DNA from: Bacteroidales bacterium | Lineage (GTDB): Bacteria; Bacteroidota; Bacteroidia; Bacteroidales; GWF2-38-335 | Direction of reading: 5' to 3' | DNA: 64,000 nucleotides | Assembly (NCBI GenBank): GCA_016936815.1 | Contig: JAFGXD010000172.1 | Location: 2,961-66,960, forward strand | Shown here: in pieces, positions 1-10,058 of the stretch | How positions within the stretch are numbered: the stretch's first letter is position 1 | Layout: each line of letters opens with the position of its first letter | The notes under the pieces: generated by a model | Told to the model about the DNA's origin: nothing | The model's input: the letters and a program-made list of their open reading frames with translations, nothing else | The model's database searches: none | Position numbers and translations under genes: made by a program

Positions 1-20
1 CATTTTTTGTAATCATATTC

Positions 21-28
21 CAAATATA
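21..28 (-). promoter_or_regulatory. candidate Bacteroidota -7 promoter box (TATATTTG on minus strand) for a gene whose ATG is at 3..1 and which leaves the window
   Basis: Reverse complement of 21-28 is TATATTTG (TAnnTTTG consensus). An ATG (cat at 1-3) lies 17 nt downstream, the same spacing seen at other genes here. The gene body is outside the window. Confidence 0.2.
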
Positions 29-145
29 ATACTTTCTCATCAATCTTTGACCATTTTGGTCGCAAATATAGGAGATTTTTTAATCGCTGTAAACTAATTC
101 GCCTTCCTCATAAAACTTTCCACAATGCCATTTTTTGTCCTGCCT

Positions 146-751
146 TTAATCATACGCCGGGCAAACTGTTCGCTTCTTTTTAGAATATGCCGATGAGTTT
201 CTTGTTTTTCCTCCACCCTTTCTGCCTGCTTTACTTTTCTTCTTGCTACCCTTGCATCCCAAAAAATAAACCAGTCCGGCTCTTAAGGTTACTTCTTCGC
301 TCCTTATAGCATATCGGGGTTCAACAAAACCTCGCAGACAACCATTACCAATTAACACTCCTAAACCAGCCTCTCCTTCAGCTTTATACGATTTACTCCC
401 TCCCGCTGTAGAATCGTTTACACTAACACTAACTTCCCCTCTAAATGTCCCAGACGCAATTACGTAATATGCAAATTTTCCCTGCTTGTAAAATATCTTC
501 ATTCCCGATATTCCTCCCGATAATTCGCCGGATTTAAAATAGTAAAAAATATAAGGAACAGCCCACAAATCCTCTTTTACGGGAATTAGCAATCTGGCAC
601 TCATTCCCAAATAATTATTGCTTATGTTGTATAGTCCCGATCCGCCAATGCCCCAACCTGATTGTGCCGGCAGTTTTCCAAAAAACAACCCGTAAATAAT
701 AACCATGGCCAATATAAATACTCTCATTTTTGCTTTTCTGTTTTTACTCAT
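146..751 (-). CDS. putative outer-membrane beta-barrel protein with Lys/Arg-rich C-terminal tail
   Basis: Track ORF is 146..793. The likely start is the ATG at 751 (MSKNRKAKMRVFILAMV...) or at 727. It has a signal-peptide-like N-terminus and an alternating Gly/aromatic strand pattern ending ...RAGLVYF, followed by a roughly 40-aa basic tail. No specific family recognised. Confidence 0.55.
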   Translation of the reverse strand: MSKNRKAKMRVFILAMVIIYGLFFGKLPAQSGWGIGGSGLYNISNNYLGMSARLLIPVKEDLWAVPYIFYYFKSGELSGGISGMKIFYKQGKFAYYVIASGTFRGEVSVSVNDSTAGGSKSYKAEGEAGLGVLIGNGCLRGFVEPRYAIRSEEVTLRAGLVYFLGCKGSKKKSKAGRKGGGKTRNSSAYSKKKRTVCPAYD

Positions 752-885
752 ACAATTACGTATTGAACTGCTTAATGTTTCCCTAAAAACCATTTTTTCA
801 ATTAGTCTTGATTATTAGATTGTTAAAAAACCTCTAAATGTTAATGATCTGATATTAAGTAATATAACTAAAAGTTATTAACAAT

Positions 886-920
886 GTGGGAAAAAGTGGT
901 GTTTAGTGGTAGGAAGTGGG
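886..920 (+). promoter_or_regulatory. putative MraZ operator: four direct GTGG[GT] repeats with exact 10-bp phasing
   Basis: GTGGG(886-890), GTGGT(896-900), GTGGT(906-910) and GTGGG(916-920), each separated by 5 nt, about 40 nt upstream of the mraZ ATG. Phased GTGGG-type repeats upstream of mraZ are the reported MraZ binding-site type in other bacteria. Confidence 0.6.
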
Positions 921-962
921 AAAAAAATATGTACTTTTACCTTGATTTTTTAAATAAGGAAA

Positions 963-1433
963 ATGACAACATTTATAGGGGACTATCCATGCAAACTTGA
1001 CGTGAAAGAGAGGCTTCTCTTTCCGGCAGCTTTTAAAAAGCAGATGAGTGCAGCATCTGTGCAGGATAGGTTTGTTGTTAAAAAAGACATTTACGAAAAA
1101 TGTCTGATTATTTACCCAATGGACGAATGGGACAGACAAATGAGCATTATTCGCAGTAAAATAAATCCATATAACAAGGAACACAACCGCTTTATAAGGG
1201 AGTTTTCAAGAGGTGTGGCAGAAATTATTCTCGATAGCAATAATCGCTTACTTGTTCCAAGACGTCTGCTCGACCTTGTTGGAATAGAAAAAGAAGTGGT
1301 TCTTGCAGGTCAAATGGGGAAAATAGAAATGTGGGATAAAAATGTGTATGAATCCATACGCGAGAATGAGGACGATTTTGCTGCACTGGCCGAAAAAATT
1401 CTTGGTGGATCAAACATAGATGAACAAAGTTAA
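963..1433 (+). CDS. mraZ: transcriptional regulator MraZ
   Basis: 156 aa. The N-terminus MTTFIGDYPCKLDVKERLLFPAAFKKQM and the second half-repeat LDSNNRLLVPRRL are typical of the MraZ double SpoVT-AbrB fold. First gene of the dcw cluster. Confidence 0.95.
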   Translation: MTTFIGDYPCKLDVKERLLFPAAFKKQMSAASVQDRFVVKKDIYEKCLIIYPMDEWDRQMSIIRSKINPYNKEHNRFIREFSRGVAEIILDSNNRLLVPRRLLDLVGIEKEVVLAGQMGKIEMWDKNVYESIRENEDDFAALAEKILGGSNIDEQS

Positions 1434-2329
1434 TGGAATACCATGTACCTGTATTATTGCAAGATAGCATTTCAGGGCTAAACATTAAGCCCGACGGTAC
1501 ATACCTCGACCTCACTTTTGGCGGTGGAGGTCACTCCAAAGAAATTTTGAAACACCTAGGTAAAGGAAAACTTATTGCCTTCGATCAGGATGCCGATGCT
1601 GAGAAAAACATTCTTGACGACAATAGATTTTCCTTGATTGACGGGAATTTTAGGTTCTTTCTCAATTATTTAAAGTTTCATAAAATTAATGCAGTCGATG
1701 GCATTTTAGCCGATTTGGGCGTTTCCTCACATCATTTCGATCAACCCGAACGAGGATTCTCATTTAGATTCGATGCTCCTCTGGATATGAGAATGAATCA
1801 GGATGCCGAAATGTCAGCAGCCGGTATTCTTAATTCTTACAACGAAGATGAATTAAGAAACATTTTCAGAAAATACGGAGAAATTCCAAATGCCGGAAAA
1901 CTAGCTGCCAAAATTGCACAAAGACGAAATGAAAAACAGTTTAACTCAACATTCGACTTTGTTGAAGCTATAAAAACCTGTCTGCCACCTCGAAACGATT
2001 ATAAATATCTGGCAAAGGTTTTTCAAGCAATAAGAATTGAAGTTAACAACGAAATAGACTGCCTAAGCGAAATGCTGTTGCAAACTCTTTTGGTACTGAA
2101 ACCGGGAGGCCGATTGGTAATTATTACTTACCACTCGCTGGAAGACAGACTGGTAAAGAATTTTATGAAATATGGAATGCTCGATGGCCAACCGGAAAAA
2201 GACATTTATGGAAGAATGGAAATTCCTTTCAAATTAATAACAAGAAAAGCTATTGAGCCAAATGAAAACGAATTAATAATTAATAGCCGTGCAAGAAGTG
2301 CCAGGCTTAGAATTGCAGAAAAAATATAA
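1433..2329 (+). CDS. rsmH: 16S rRNA (cytosine1402-N4)-methyltransferase RsmH
   Basis: 298 aa with HVPVLL, DLTFGGGGHS, DLGVSSHHFD and ITYHSLEDR motifs. Its start overlaps the mraZ stop (TAATG). Confidence 0.95.
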   Translation: MEYHVPVLLQDSISGLNIKPDGTYLDLTFGGGGHSKEILKHLGKGKLIAFDQDADAEKNILDDNRFSLIDGNFRFFLNYLKFHKINAVDGILADLGVSSHHFDQPERGFSFRFDAPLDMRMNQDAEMSAAGILNSYNEDELRNIFRKYGEIPNAGKLAAKIAQRRNEKQFNSTFDFVEAIKTCLPPRNDYKYLAKVFQAIRIEVNNEIDCLSEMLLQTLLVLKPGGRLVIITYHSLEDRLVKNFMKYGMLDGQPEKDIYGRMEIPFKLITRKAIEPNENELIINSRARSARLRIAEKI

Positions 2330-2706
2330 TGAAGTGGTTTAAGAAAAATAAGGGCTTTACAGAAATTTCCGAGGAATCGAAAGAAACCAAGGCAAATTTC
2401 AGAGATTTACTAGACGGGCGTGTTCTAACTCGCGATGCTGTAGTAAAACAACTGCCATTTGTTCTTTTCCTTACATTTCTTGCAACAGGCTATATTGCAA
2501 ATCGTTACCATGCCGAAAAGATTGTACGTCAGACCATTCAACTTAGAAAAGAAGTGAAGGAATTAAGGACCGAAAAAATTGTTATCCAATACGAACTTAT
2601 GAATAATTCGAAACGAACTGCCGTATTGGATTCGCTGGAATCAAAAAACATTAACCTGGTGGAATCGATTTCTCCCCCTGTAAAACTAAAAAAATCGGGG
2701 TTCTAA
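2329..2706 (+). CDS. ftsL: FtsL-like cell division protein
   Basis: 125 aa with a single TM helix (LPFVLFLTFLATGYIA) followed by a coiled-coil-like segment. It sits between rsmH and ftsI, with 1-nt TAATG overlaps on both sides. Confidence 0.6.
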   Translation: MKWFKKNKGFTEISEESKETKANFRDLLDGRVLTRDAVVKQLPFVLFLTFLATGYIANRYHAEKIVRQTIQLRKEVKELRTEKIVIQYELMNNSKRTAVLDSLESKNINLVESISPPVKLKKSGF

Positions 2707-4835
2707 TGGATCTTAAAAAGGACATATTATGGAGAGTTACAATAGTATATTTTGCTGTTGCATTATTCGCTATAATTATTGTTACAAGAGTTATTATCAT
2801 TCAATTTGTAGAAAAAGATAAATGGAAAAGCAAGGCCGAAAATGTTAAGGTTCAGGATATTATTATTTTCCCCGACCGCGGCGATATTTGTGCCGAAGAT
2901 GGCCGTCCACTATGCTCAACAGTTCCCTACTACGATATTAGAATGGATTTTACTGTAATTAATGATAAGGATTTTAATTCTAACCTCGACTCATTATGTA
3001 ATCTATTGTCCTCAACTTTTAAAGACAAATCGGCAAACGATTACAAAACAGCAATGATTAATGCCCGCAAAAGAAATGAACGATACTTTCTGGTTAAGAG
3101 AAAAATTTCTCACATTCAATATAAAGAAATTAGCAAATTCCCAATTTTTAAACTTGGCAGATACAGATCGGGGGTAATTTTTGAAACCAGAGATCAGCGA
3201 GTCTTGCCATTCGATTTGCTTGCAGAAAGAACAATAGGATACATTTACGAAACTGCAAGCGATTCTATTATAGCCGATTCCGTTTGGGGCAAAAAAATTC
3301 GCGGAGTGGGACTAGAAATGGCTTACGACAAAGAACTGCGTGGAATAAAGGGCGTTAAATCTATGAGAAAACTTTCCGGAGATGTTTGGATGCCTGTTGA
3401 ATACGGTAATGAGGTTGAACCAGAAAACGGAAAAGACCTTATTACTACAATAAACATCGATTATCAGGATGTTGCCGAAACTGCCCTTCTCAACCAATTA
3501 AATAAAAGTAAAGCCGAATGGGGAACGGCAGTGCTTATGGAAGTTAAAACCGGAGAAATTAAGGCTATTGCAAACCTCGAAAGGAACAAAAAAGGCAATT
3601 ATACCGAGGAATATAATCATGCGGTTGGAACAAGCATTGAACCCGGATCAACTTTTAAATTGTTCTCAATGATGGCCGCTCTTGAAGATAATTTTGTAAG
3701 CCCTACCGATTCAATAAATATTTATTGGGGTGAAAAATCATATTACGATAGAAAAATGAGAGATTCAAAAGTAGGAATCTATAAAACCCTATCGGTTCAA
3801 CAGGTTTTCGAGAAATCCTCAAATGTTGGTGTGGCCGAAATTATTACCAGAAACTATTCCGACAAAAAATCACTATTTCTTGAAAGACTAAAAGGCTTTG
3901 GCATTCACAGTCCTTTATTCTTGGAAATTCCTGGTGAGGGCATGCCGTTAGTTAAAGAAATAAAAAAATGGTCAGGAATTAGCCTTCCCTGGATGTCTAA
4001 TGGATACGAAGTATTAATGACTCCCCTTCAATTACTAACATATTACAATGCAATTGCAAACAATGGCAAAGTATTAAAACCAAAATTCGTTAAAGCTCTT
4101 AGAAAAGACGGCGAAATAGTTCAAGAATTTCCCACCGAGGTAATAAATCAAGCTATTTGTTCCAAAAAAACTCTCAGAATTTTACAAAATATGCTTATTG
4201 GTGTGGTTGAACATGGAACAGCCAGAAATATTGCCACCGAAAATTATAAAATTGCCGGCAAAACAGGAACGGTACAAGTTGCCTATTCAAGTGGGTCTGC
4301 AAAAGGTCACAGAAGTTCATTTGTTGGTTACTTCCCTGCCGATAATCCGCAATATTCCTGCATAATTGTTATCCATCGTCCTTCCGAAGGTGGATACTAT
4401 GGCAGCGAAATTGCAGGGCCTGTTTTTAGAGAAATTGCCGACAAGGTTTATTCTACAAGTCTTGAAATTCAACAAGAAAAACTTATTGCCCAACAAGAAA
4501 TAAAGGAACTTCCATATACAAAAAGCGGCAACTGGGATCATTTGAAATATTTACTTAATAAATTGAATATCAATATATCAAATGAAAAAGTTAATTCATC
4601 ATGGGTTTCAACTTACAAAAGAGAAGAATTTATTGAAATAAAACCAAAGGTATTTGAAGACAATTTGGTACCTGATGTAAAAGGAATGGGACTTCGGGAT
4701 GCCATGTTTCTTTTAAATAATGCTGGTCTTGAAGTAGAAATTGAAGGAATTAAAAGAGGAAGAGTAACAAAACAAAATATTAACCCGGGAAAACGAATTA
4801 TTCCCGGTCAGGAAATAATTATTGTACTTGGATAA
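2706..4835 (+). CDS. ftsI: peptidoglycan D,D-transpeptidase FtsI (class B PBP) with C-terminal PASTA-like domain
   Basis: 709 aa with an N-terminal TM anchor and the STFK (GSTFKLF), SSN (EKSSNVG) and KTG (AGKTGT) motifs. The C-terminal segment VPDVKGMGLRDAMFLLNNAGLEVEIEG...GQEIIIVLG resembles PASTA. Confidence 0.9.
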   Translation: MDLKKDILWRVTIVYFAVALFAIIIVTRVIIIQFVEKDKWKSKAENVKVQDIIIFPDRGDICAEDGRPLCSTVPYYDIRMDFTVINDKDFNSNLDSLCNLLSSTFKDKSANDYKTAMINARKRNERYFLVKRKISHIQYKEISKFPIFKLGRYRSGVIFETRDQRVLPFDLLAERTIGYIYETASDSIIADSVWGKKIRGVGLEMAYDKELRGIKGVKSMRKLSGDVWMPVEYGNEVEPENGKDLITTINIDYQDVAETALLNQLNKSKAEWGTAVLMEVKTGEIKAIANLERNKKGNYTEEYNHAVGTSIEPGSTFKLFSMMAALEDNFVSPTDSINIYWGEKSYYDRKMRDSKVGIYKTLSVQQVFEKSSNVGVAEIITRNYSDKKSLFLERLKGFGIHSPLFLEIPGEGMPLVKEIKKWSGISLPWMSNGYEVLMTPLQLLTYYNAIANNGKVLKPKFVKALRKDGEIVQEFPTEVINQAICSKKTLRILQNMLIGVVEHGTARNIATENYKIAGKTGTVQVAYSSGSAKGHRSSFVGYFPADNPQYSCIIVIHRPSEGGYYGSEIAGPVFREIADKVYSTSLEIQQEKLIAQQEIKELPYTKSGNWDHLKYLLNKLNINISNEKVNSSWVSTYKREEFIEIKPKVFEDNLVPDVKGMGLRDAMFLLNNAGLEVEIEGIKRGRVTKQNINPGKRIIPGQEIIIVLG

Positions 4836-4837
4836 AT

Positions 4838-6286
4838 ATGAAGAATACAGCAAACATATTTAATTGTTTAAACATTAAGGAAACTTCCGGAATAATGCCG
4901 GCATCAATAAATTCTATTGAGTTCGATAGCCGAAAAATTGAAAAAGGTGCCTGCTTTGTTGCTGTAAAAGGCTATGTAGCCGATGGACACAAATTTATTG
5001 ATACAGCAATTCAAAATGGAGCAATTGCAGTAGTTTGTGAAACAATGCCGGAAAATACTTCAGAAAAAGTCTTCTATGTACGTGTTGAAAATAGTGCTGA
5101 GGCCTTGGGCATTCTTGCTTCAGAATTCTATGGAAATCCTTCATCAAAACTAAAACTTGTTGGCGTAACGGGAACAAACGGAAAAACTACTACGGCTACT
5201 TTGCTTTTCAACCTTGTAAAAGACATGGGCTTTAAAACCGGATTGCTTTCTACAGTAGCAAATTACATTAATAACGAAGAAATACCTGCTACACATACAA
5301 CACCCGATCCGGTTCAACTTAATTTCCTCTTAAAAAAAATGGTTGACCATGGCTGCGACTACTGCTTTATGGAAGTTAGTTCACATGCAATACATCAGAA
5401 AAGAATAGCAGGGCTGAAATTTAAGGGCGGTATCTTTACCAATATTACTCACGACCATCTCGATTACCATAAAACATTCGACGAATACATAAAGGCAAAA
5501 AAGGAATTTTTCGACAATTTACCCACTGATGCTTTTGCTCTTTCGAACTACGACGATAAAAACGGTCGAGTAATGCTGCAAAACTCAAAGGCCGCAAACT
5601 ATTCTTATGGTCTAAAAACAATGGCCGATTTTAAATGCAAATTGCTTGAAAGCCATTTCGAAGGAATGAAACTCTTACTCGATGGCAACGAGTTTTGGTC
5701 AACCCTAACTGGGAAATTTAATGCATATAACATTCTTTCCGTTTATGGAACCGCCATTCTGCTCGATTTCAATAAACAAGAAATTCTTACCACACTAAGC
5801 CGCCAAAAGCATGTAAACGGAAGATTCGAAACAATGAAATCTCCAACAGGCTTTGCAGCAATTGTAGATTACGCTCATACTCCGGATGCATTAAAAAATG
5901 TGCTAGACACAATAAATGAGTTAGCAGGTAATGGCAAAATTATTACTGTGGTTGGAGCCGGTGGAGACCGAGATTCAAGCAAAAGACCCGAAATGGCCAG
6001 AGTTGCTGCAAAACTAAGCTCATTGGTAATACTTACATCAGATAACCCACGCTCTGAAGACCCGGAAAAAATATTGGACGATATGAGCGCAGGAATTGAT
6101 AATAAGAACAAAATGCTAAGAATTACAGACCGACAGCAAGCAATAAAAACCGCTTGTATGATGGCTGCAAAGGGCGATATTATTCTTGTTGCAGGAAAAG
6201 GCCACGAAACATACCAGGAAATTAAAGGTGTTAAACACCATTTCGACGATAAAGAATTAATTAACGAACTATTTAAATCGATGTAA
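4838..6286 (+). CDS. murE: UDP-N-acetylmuramoyl-L-alanyl-D-glutamate--2,6-diaminopimelate ligase MurE
   Basis: 482 aa with the [12 protein letters not shown]-loop and the DNPRSE motif typical of meso-DAP-adding MurE. Confidence 0.95.
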   Translation: MKNTANIFNCLNIKETSGIMPASINSIEFDSRKIEKGACFVAVKGYVADGHKFIDTAIQNGAIAVVCETMPENTSEKVFYVRVENSAEALGILASEFYGNPSSKLKLVGVTGTNGKTTTATLLFNLVKDMGFKTGLLSTVANYINNEEIPATHTTPDPVQLNFLLKKMVDHGCDYCFMEVSSHAIHQKRIAGLKFKGGIFTNITHDHLDYHKTFDEYIKAKKEFFDNLPTDAFALSNYDDKNGRVMLQNSKAANYSYGLKTMADFKCKLLESHFEGMKLLLDGNEFWSTLTGKFNAYNILSVYGTAILLDFNKQEILTTLSRQKHVNGRFETMKSPTGFAAIVDYAHTPDALKNVLDTINELAGNGKIITVVGAGGDRDSSKRPEMARVAAKLSSLVILTSDNPRSEDPEKILDDMSAGIDNKNKMLRITDRQQAIKTACMMAAKGDIILVAGKGHETYQEIKGVKHHFDDKELINELFKSM

Positions 6287-6288
6287 AA

Positions 6289-7548
6289 ATGCTGTATTAT
6301 TTATTTGAATATTTAGACAAATTCGATTTTCCGGGAGCCGGACTTTTTCAGTTTATTACCTTCCGAGCTCTATTAGCAATTATTACATCGCTTGTGGTTG
6401 CTTTATACTTCGGCAAAAAAATTATCAGATTCCTTCAAAGAAAACAAATTGGTGAAGAAATTAGAGATTTAGATCTGGAAGGGCAGTATTCAAAAAAAGG
6501 AACTCCAACAATGGGAGGTATTATTATTCTTCTTTCAATTCTAATTCCAACCTTACTTTTTGCCAGACTAGAAAACGTGTATGTAATATTAATGATAATT
6601 ACTACAATTTGGCTAGGTATTGTGGGCTTTATGGACGATTATATTAAAGTTTTCAAGAAAAATAAAAAAGGCCTTGCCGGAAAATTTAAAATTATTGGTC
6701 AGGTTGGACTTGGTCTTATTGTAGGACTAACCCTATACATTAGCGACGATGCTGTAGTTAGGGAACAAACAAAAATTCCTGTCTCTGAGATTACCGAAGA
6801 TATGATAATAATGGAAGAAATTTGCGACCAGAATCTTGAAGTAACTGTTGGCAAAGATGTTAAATCAACTACTACCACAATCCCTTTTCTAAAAAATAAT
6901 GAACTCGACTATGCTGCAATTGCAGAAAGCATCCTAGGATTTAGCAACCGAGGATGGGGACGCTGGGTTCTTTTTGTGTTAATGAGTATTGTAGTAATTA
7001 CTGCTGTTTCTAATGGAGCAAATTTAACCGATGGTTTGGATGGCCTTGCTACAGGAACCTCTGCAATTATTGGTGCTACACTGGGAATTCTGGCCTATGT
7101 TTCGGGTAACGTCTTCTTTGCCGACTATCTAAATATTATGTACCTGCCAAACACCGGAGAATTGGTAATATTTATGGCAACATTTATTGGTGCTACAATA
7201 GGTTTCTTATGGTATAATTCTTATCCGGCACAAGTATTTATGGGCGATACCGGAAGTCTGGCTTTAGGAGGAATAATAGCAGTTTTTGCAATAATTATTA
7301 AGAAGGAACTTCTTATTCCAATTCTTTGTGGAATCTTTTTGGTTGAAAGCCTTTCGGTTATGATGCAGGTTAGCTATTTCAAATATACAAAACGAAAATA
7401 CGGAGAAGGACGCCGAATTTTTAAAATGTCTCCTCTTCATCATCATTATCAAAAACTTGGCTACACAGAACCAAAAATTGTTACAAGATTTTGGATTGTA
7501 GGAATTGCCTTGGCAGTATTAACAATTATTACCCTGAAAATTAGATAA
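6289..7548 (+). CDS. mraY: phospho-N-acetylmuramoyl-pentapeptide-transferase MraY
   Basis: 419 aa, polytopic, with [10 protein letters not shown] and [11 protein letters not shown] motifs. It carries a cytoplasmic-loop insertion relative to the roughly 360-aa enterobacterial MraY. Confidence 0.95.
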   Translation: MLYYLFEYLDKFDFPGAGLFQFITFRALLAIITSLVVALYFGKKIIRFLQRKQIGEEIRDLDLEGQYSKKGTPTMGGIIILLSILIPTLLFARLENVYVILMIITTIWLGIVGFMDDYIKVFKKNKKGLAGKFKIIGQVGLGLIVGLTLYISDDAVVREQTKIPVSEITEDMIIMEEICDQNLEVTVGKDVKSTTTTIPFLKNNELDYAAIAESILGFSNRGWGRWVLFVLMSIVVITAVSNGANLTDGLDGLATGTSAIIGATLGILAYVSGNVFFADYLNIMYLPNTGELVIFMATFIGATIGFLWYNSYPAQVFMGDTGSLALGGIIAVFAIIIKKELLIPILCGIFLVESLSVMMQVSYFKYTKRKYGEGRRIFKMSPLHHHYQKLGYTEPKIVTRFWIVGIALAVLTIITLKIR

Positions 7549-7551
7549 TTA

Positions 7552-8889
7552 ATGAAAGAAAGAATAGTCATATTAGGAGGTGGTGAATCGGGAGCAGGTT
7601 CTGCTGTTCTTGCTAAGCTAAAAGGCTTCGAGGTATTTCTTTCAGATTTTGGAGAAATAAAGGAAAACTACAAGGCTCTTCTCAATAAATATGAAATTGA
7701 ATGGGAAGAAAAATGCCATTCGGAAGAGAAAATACTTAATGCAGCCGAGGTAATAAAAAGTCCGGGAATTCCTGACTCTGTAGCTATTGTAAAAAAAATT
7801 ATTAAAAAAGGCATACCAATAATTTCTGAAATTGAATTTGCCGGTCGTTACAATTCTGCCAAAACCATTTGCATTACAGGTTCAAACGGAAAAACAACCA
7901 CCACACTTCTAACTTACCATATTTTAAAGAAAGCAGGTCTTAACGTGGGTTTAGCCGGAAATGTAGGGAAAAGTTTCGCACTTCAGGTTGCCGAAAATCA
8001 TTTTGAATATTACGTTATTGAACTCAGCAGCTTCCAGTTAGACGGAATGTTTGAATTCAAAGCGGATATTGCAATTCTAATGAATATTACTCCCGATCAC
8101 CTTGACAGATACAACTATGATTTTTCCTTATATAAAGATTCAAAATTCAGAATTATTCAAAATCAGGATGAAAATTGCCATTTCATCTATTGCATTGACG
8201 ATGAAGAAATATATAAAGAACTAAAAAAACTCAATATCAAAGCTGTAAAAATGCCATTTAGCCTAAGCTCAGGTGAAAACAAATCAGCCTATTTAGAAAA
8301 TAATAAACTAACAATACACACCCAAAATTTTTATTTAACTATGTCAATTCAGGAATTAGCACTTCAAGGCAATCACAATGCCTACAACTCAATGGCTGCC
8401 GCTCTGGCTTCCAGTGTTTTCAAAATCAGAAAAGATATTATCAGAGAATGTCTTACAGATTTTCAATCAGTTGAACACAGATTAGAGCCTGTTTTTAAAG
8501 TACATGGTATTGAATTTATCAACGATTCTAAGGCAACTAATGTAAATTCAACATGGTATGCTTTAGAAAGCTATGAAAAACCCATTGTTTGGATTGCAGG
8601 CGGCGTAGACAAAGGAAACGATTATTCTATGCTTAAACAATTGGTGAAGAACAAAGTTAAAGCAATAGTTTGTCTGGGAACCAATAATTCAAAAATTCAC
8701 AAAGCCTTTTCTAAGATTGTACCCGAAATCTACGACACAAATTCAATGCATGATGCCGTGAGAACAGCATATTTTATTGCTAAACAAGGCGAAACCGTTC
8801 TATTATCTCCTGCCTGCGCTAGTTTCGATTTGTTCGAAAACTACGAAGACAGAGGTCGTCAATTTAAATACGAAGTAGGAAAATTATAA
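7552..8889 (+). CDS. murD: UDP-N-acetylmuramoylalanine--D-glutamate ligase MurD
   Basis: 445 aa with an N-terminal GGGESG Rossmann-like motif, a GSNGKTTTT P-loop and the dcw cluster position. Confidence 0.95.
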   Translation: MKERIVILGGGESGAGSAVLAKLKGFEVFLSDFGEIKENYKALLNKYEIEWEEKCHSEEKILNAAEVIKSPGIPDSVAIVKKIIKKGIPIISEIEFAGRYNSAKTICITGSNGKTTTTLLTYHILKKAGLNVGLAGNVGKSFALQVAENHFEYYVIELSSFQLDGMFEFKADIAILMNITPDHLDRYNYDFSLYKDSKFRIIQNQDENCHFIYCIDDEEIYKELKKLNIKAVKMPFSLSSGENKSAYLENNKLTIHTQNFYLTMSIQELALQGNHNAYNSMAAALASSVFKIRKDIIRECLTDFQSVEHRLEPVFKVHGIEFINDSKATNVNSTWYALESYEKPIVWIAGGVDKGNDYSMLKQLVKNKVKAIVCLGTNNSKIHKAFSKIVPEIYDTNSMHDAVRTAYFIAKQGETVLLSPACASFDLFENYEDRGRQFKYEVGKL

Positions 8890-8891
8890 AA

Positions 8892-10058
8892 ATGAAAGTA
8901 TACCTGGCAAGATATTTCAAGGGTGATCCTGTAATTTGGGCAATTATAGTTGTTTTGTCCATTTACTCATTATTGGCTGTTTACAGTTCAACAGGAACCC
9001 TTGTTTATAAATATCATGGCGGAAATACCTTTTATTTTCTTTTCAAACAAACTTCTTTCCTAATAGTTGCAATTATTGTTACTTATCTTACTCATCTGGT
9101 TCATTACAAACATTATTTAAGACTTTCAAAAATTCTACTTTACATTTCTGTTTTTCTATTGCTATTTACATTAATAATGGGTACCAGTTTAAATTCTGCA
9201 ACCAGATGGATTACTCTTCCCGGAGGCGTTACCTTTCAAACATCAGACTTTGCTAAACTGTCTCTTATTATTTACATTTCTAAACACTTAGCCGTACATC
9301 AGGAAAACATAAAAGACTACGAACAGGCTTACAAACCTTTAATTCGATGGGTGGGAATTATCGTAGTTCTAATTCTTCCTGCAAATTTCTCCACAGCTGC
9401 AATGGTGTTTATTATTTCTGTGGTTTTAATGTTTATTGGCAGAATAAATGTTAAACATCTGCTAAGAACTGCCGGATTGGGAACTGTAGGAGTATTCTTA
9501 ATAATTTTGCTTATTTATCAATTTCCAAATAGTTTGCCTAGAGGTGAAACTTGGAAAGCAAGGGTAGAGAGTTTCCTAAATGGAAGTAGCGAAGATAACT
9601 ATCAGGCCGAGCAGGCAAAAATTGCAATAGCAGAGGGTGGAATCTTTGGAAAAGGTCCCGGAAACAGTACCCAAAGAAATTTTATTCCTCATCCATATTC
9701 AGACTTTATTTACTCTGTTATTATTGAAGAATATGGCTTGCTTTTCGGAGCTTTGCCTCTGTTAATTTTATATTTATGGTTACTTTTTAGAGCCGGTGTT
9801 CTAGTTAGAAATAGCTCTAGAACCTTCCCGGCATTGTTGGCAATTGGTCTATCATTCAGTCTGGTTTTTCAAGCAATGCTGAATATGGCAGTAAACGTTA
9901 ATCTTTTTCCGGTAACCGGACAAACTATACCTTTCGTTAGTTTAGGTGGTTCATCATTACTATTTACCAGTTGTGCACTGGGAATTATTTTGAGCATTAG
10001 CAGGTCTTATCAAAACGAACAAAAACATGGAACAGAAACACAAGAAGATAATAATTAG
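8892..10058 (+). CDS. ftsW: SEDS-family peptidoglycan glycosyltransferase FtsW
   Basis: 388 aa, about 10 TM helices, conserved PHPYSDFIYSVIIEEYG segment, located between murD and murG. Confidence 0.9.
   Translation: MKVYLARYFKGDPVIWAIIVVLSIYSLLAVYSSTGTLVYKYHGGNTFYFLFKQTSFLIVAIIVTYLTHLVHYKHYLRLSKILLYISVFLLLFTLIMGTSLNSATRWITLPGGVTFQTSDFAKLSLIIYISKHLAVHQENIKDYEQAYKPLIRWVGIIVVLILPANFSTAAMVFIISVVLMFIGRINVKHLLRTAGLGTVGVFLIILLIYQFPNSLPRGETWKARVESFLNGSSEDNYQAEQAKIAIAEGGIFGKGPGNSTQRNFIPHPYSDFIYSVIIEEYGLLFGALPLLILYLWLLFRAGVLVRNSSRTFPALLAIGLSFSLVFQAMLNMAVNVNLFPVTGQTIPFVSLGGSSLLFTSCALGIILSISRSYQNEQKHGTETQEDNN

Noticed and set aside
47-59. Palindrome GACCATTTTGGTC downstream of the barrel-protein gene as a terminator or operator
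   Set aside because: The stem is only 5 bp, no U-tract follows on the relevant strand, and such a palindrome is expected by chance.
903-1515. Track ORFs 903..1184(-) and 1225..1515(-), antisense to mraZ/rsmH
   Set aside because: They lie entirely within or opposite strongly conserved genes and have low-complexity, Phe/Leu-rich composition typical of antisense frames in AT-rich DNA. No start context or homology recognised.
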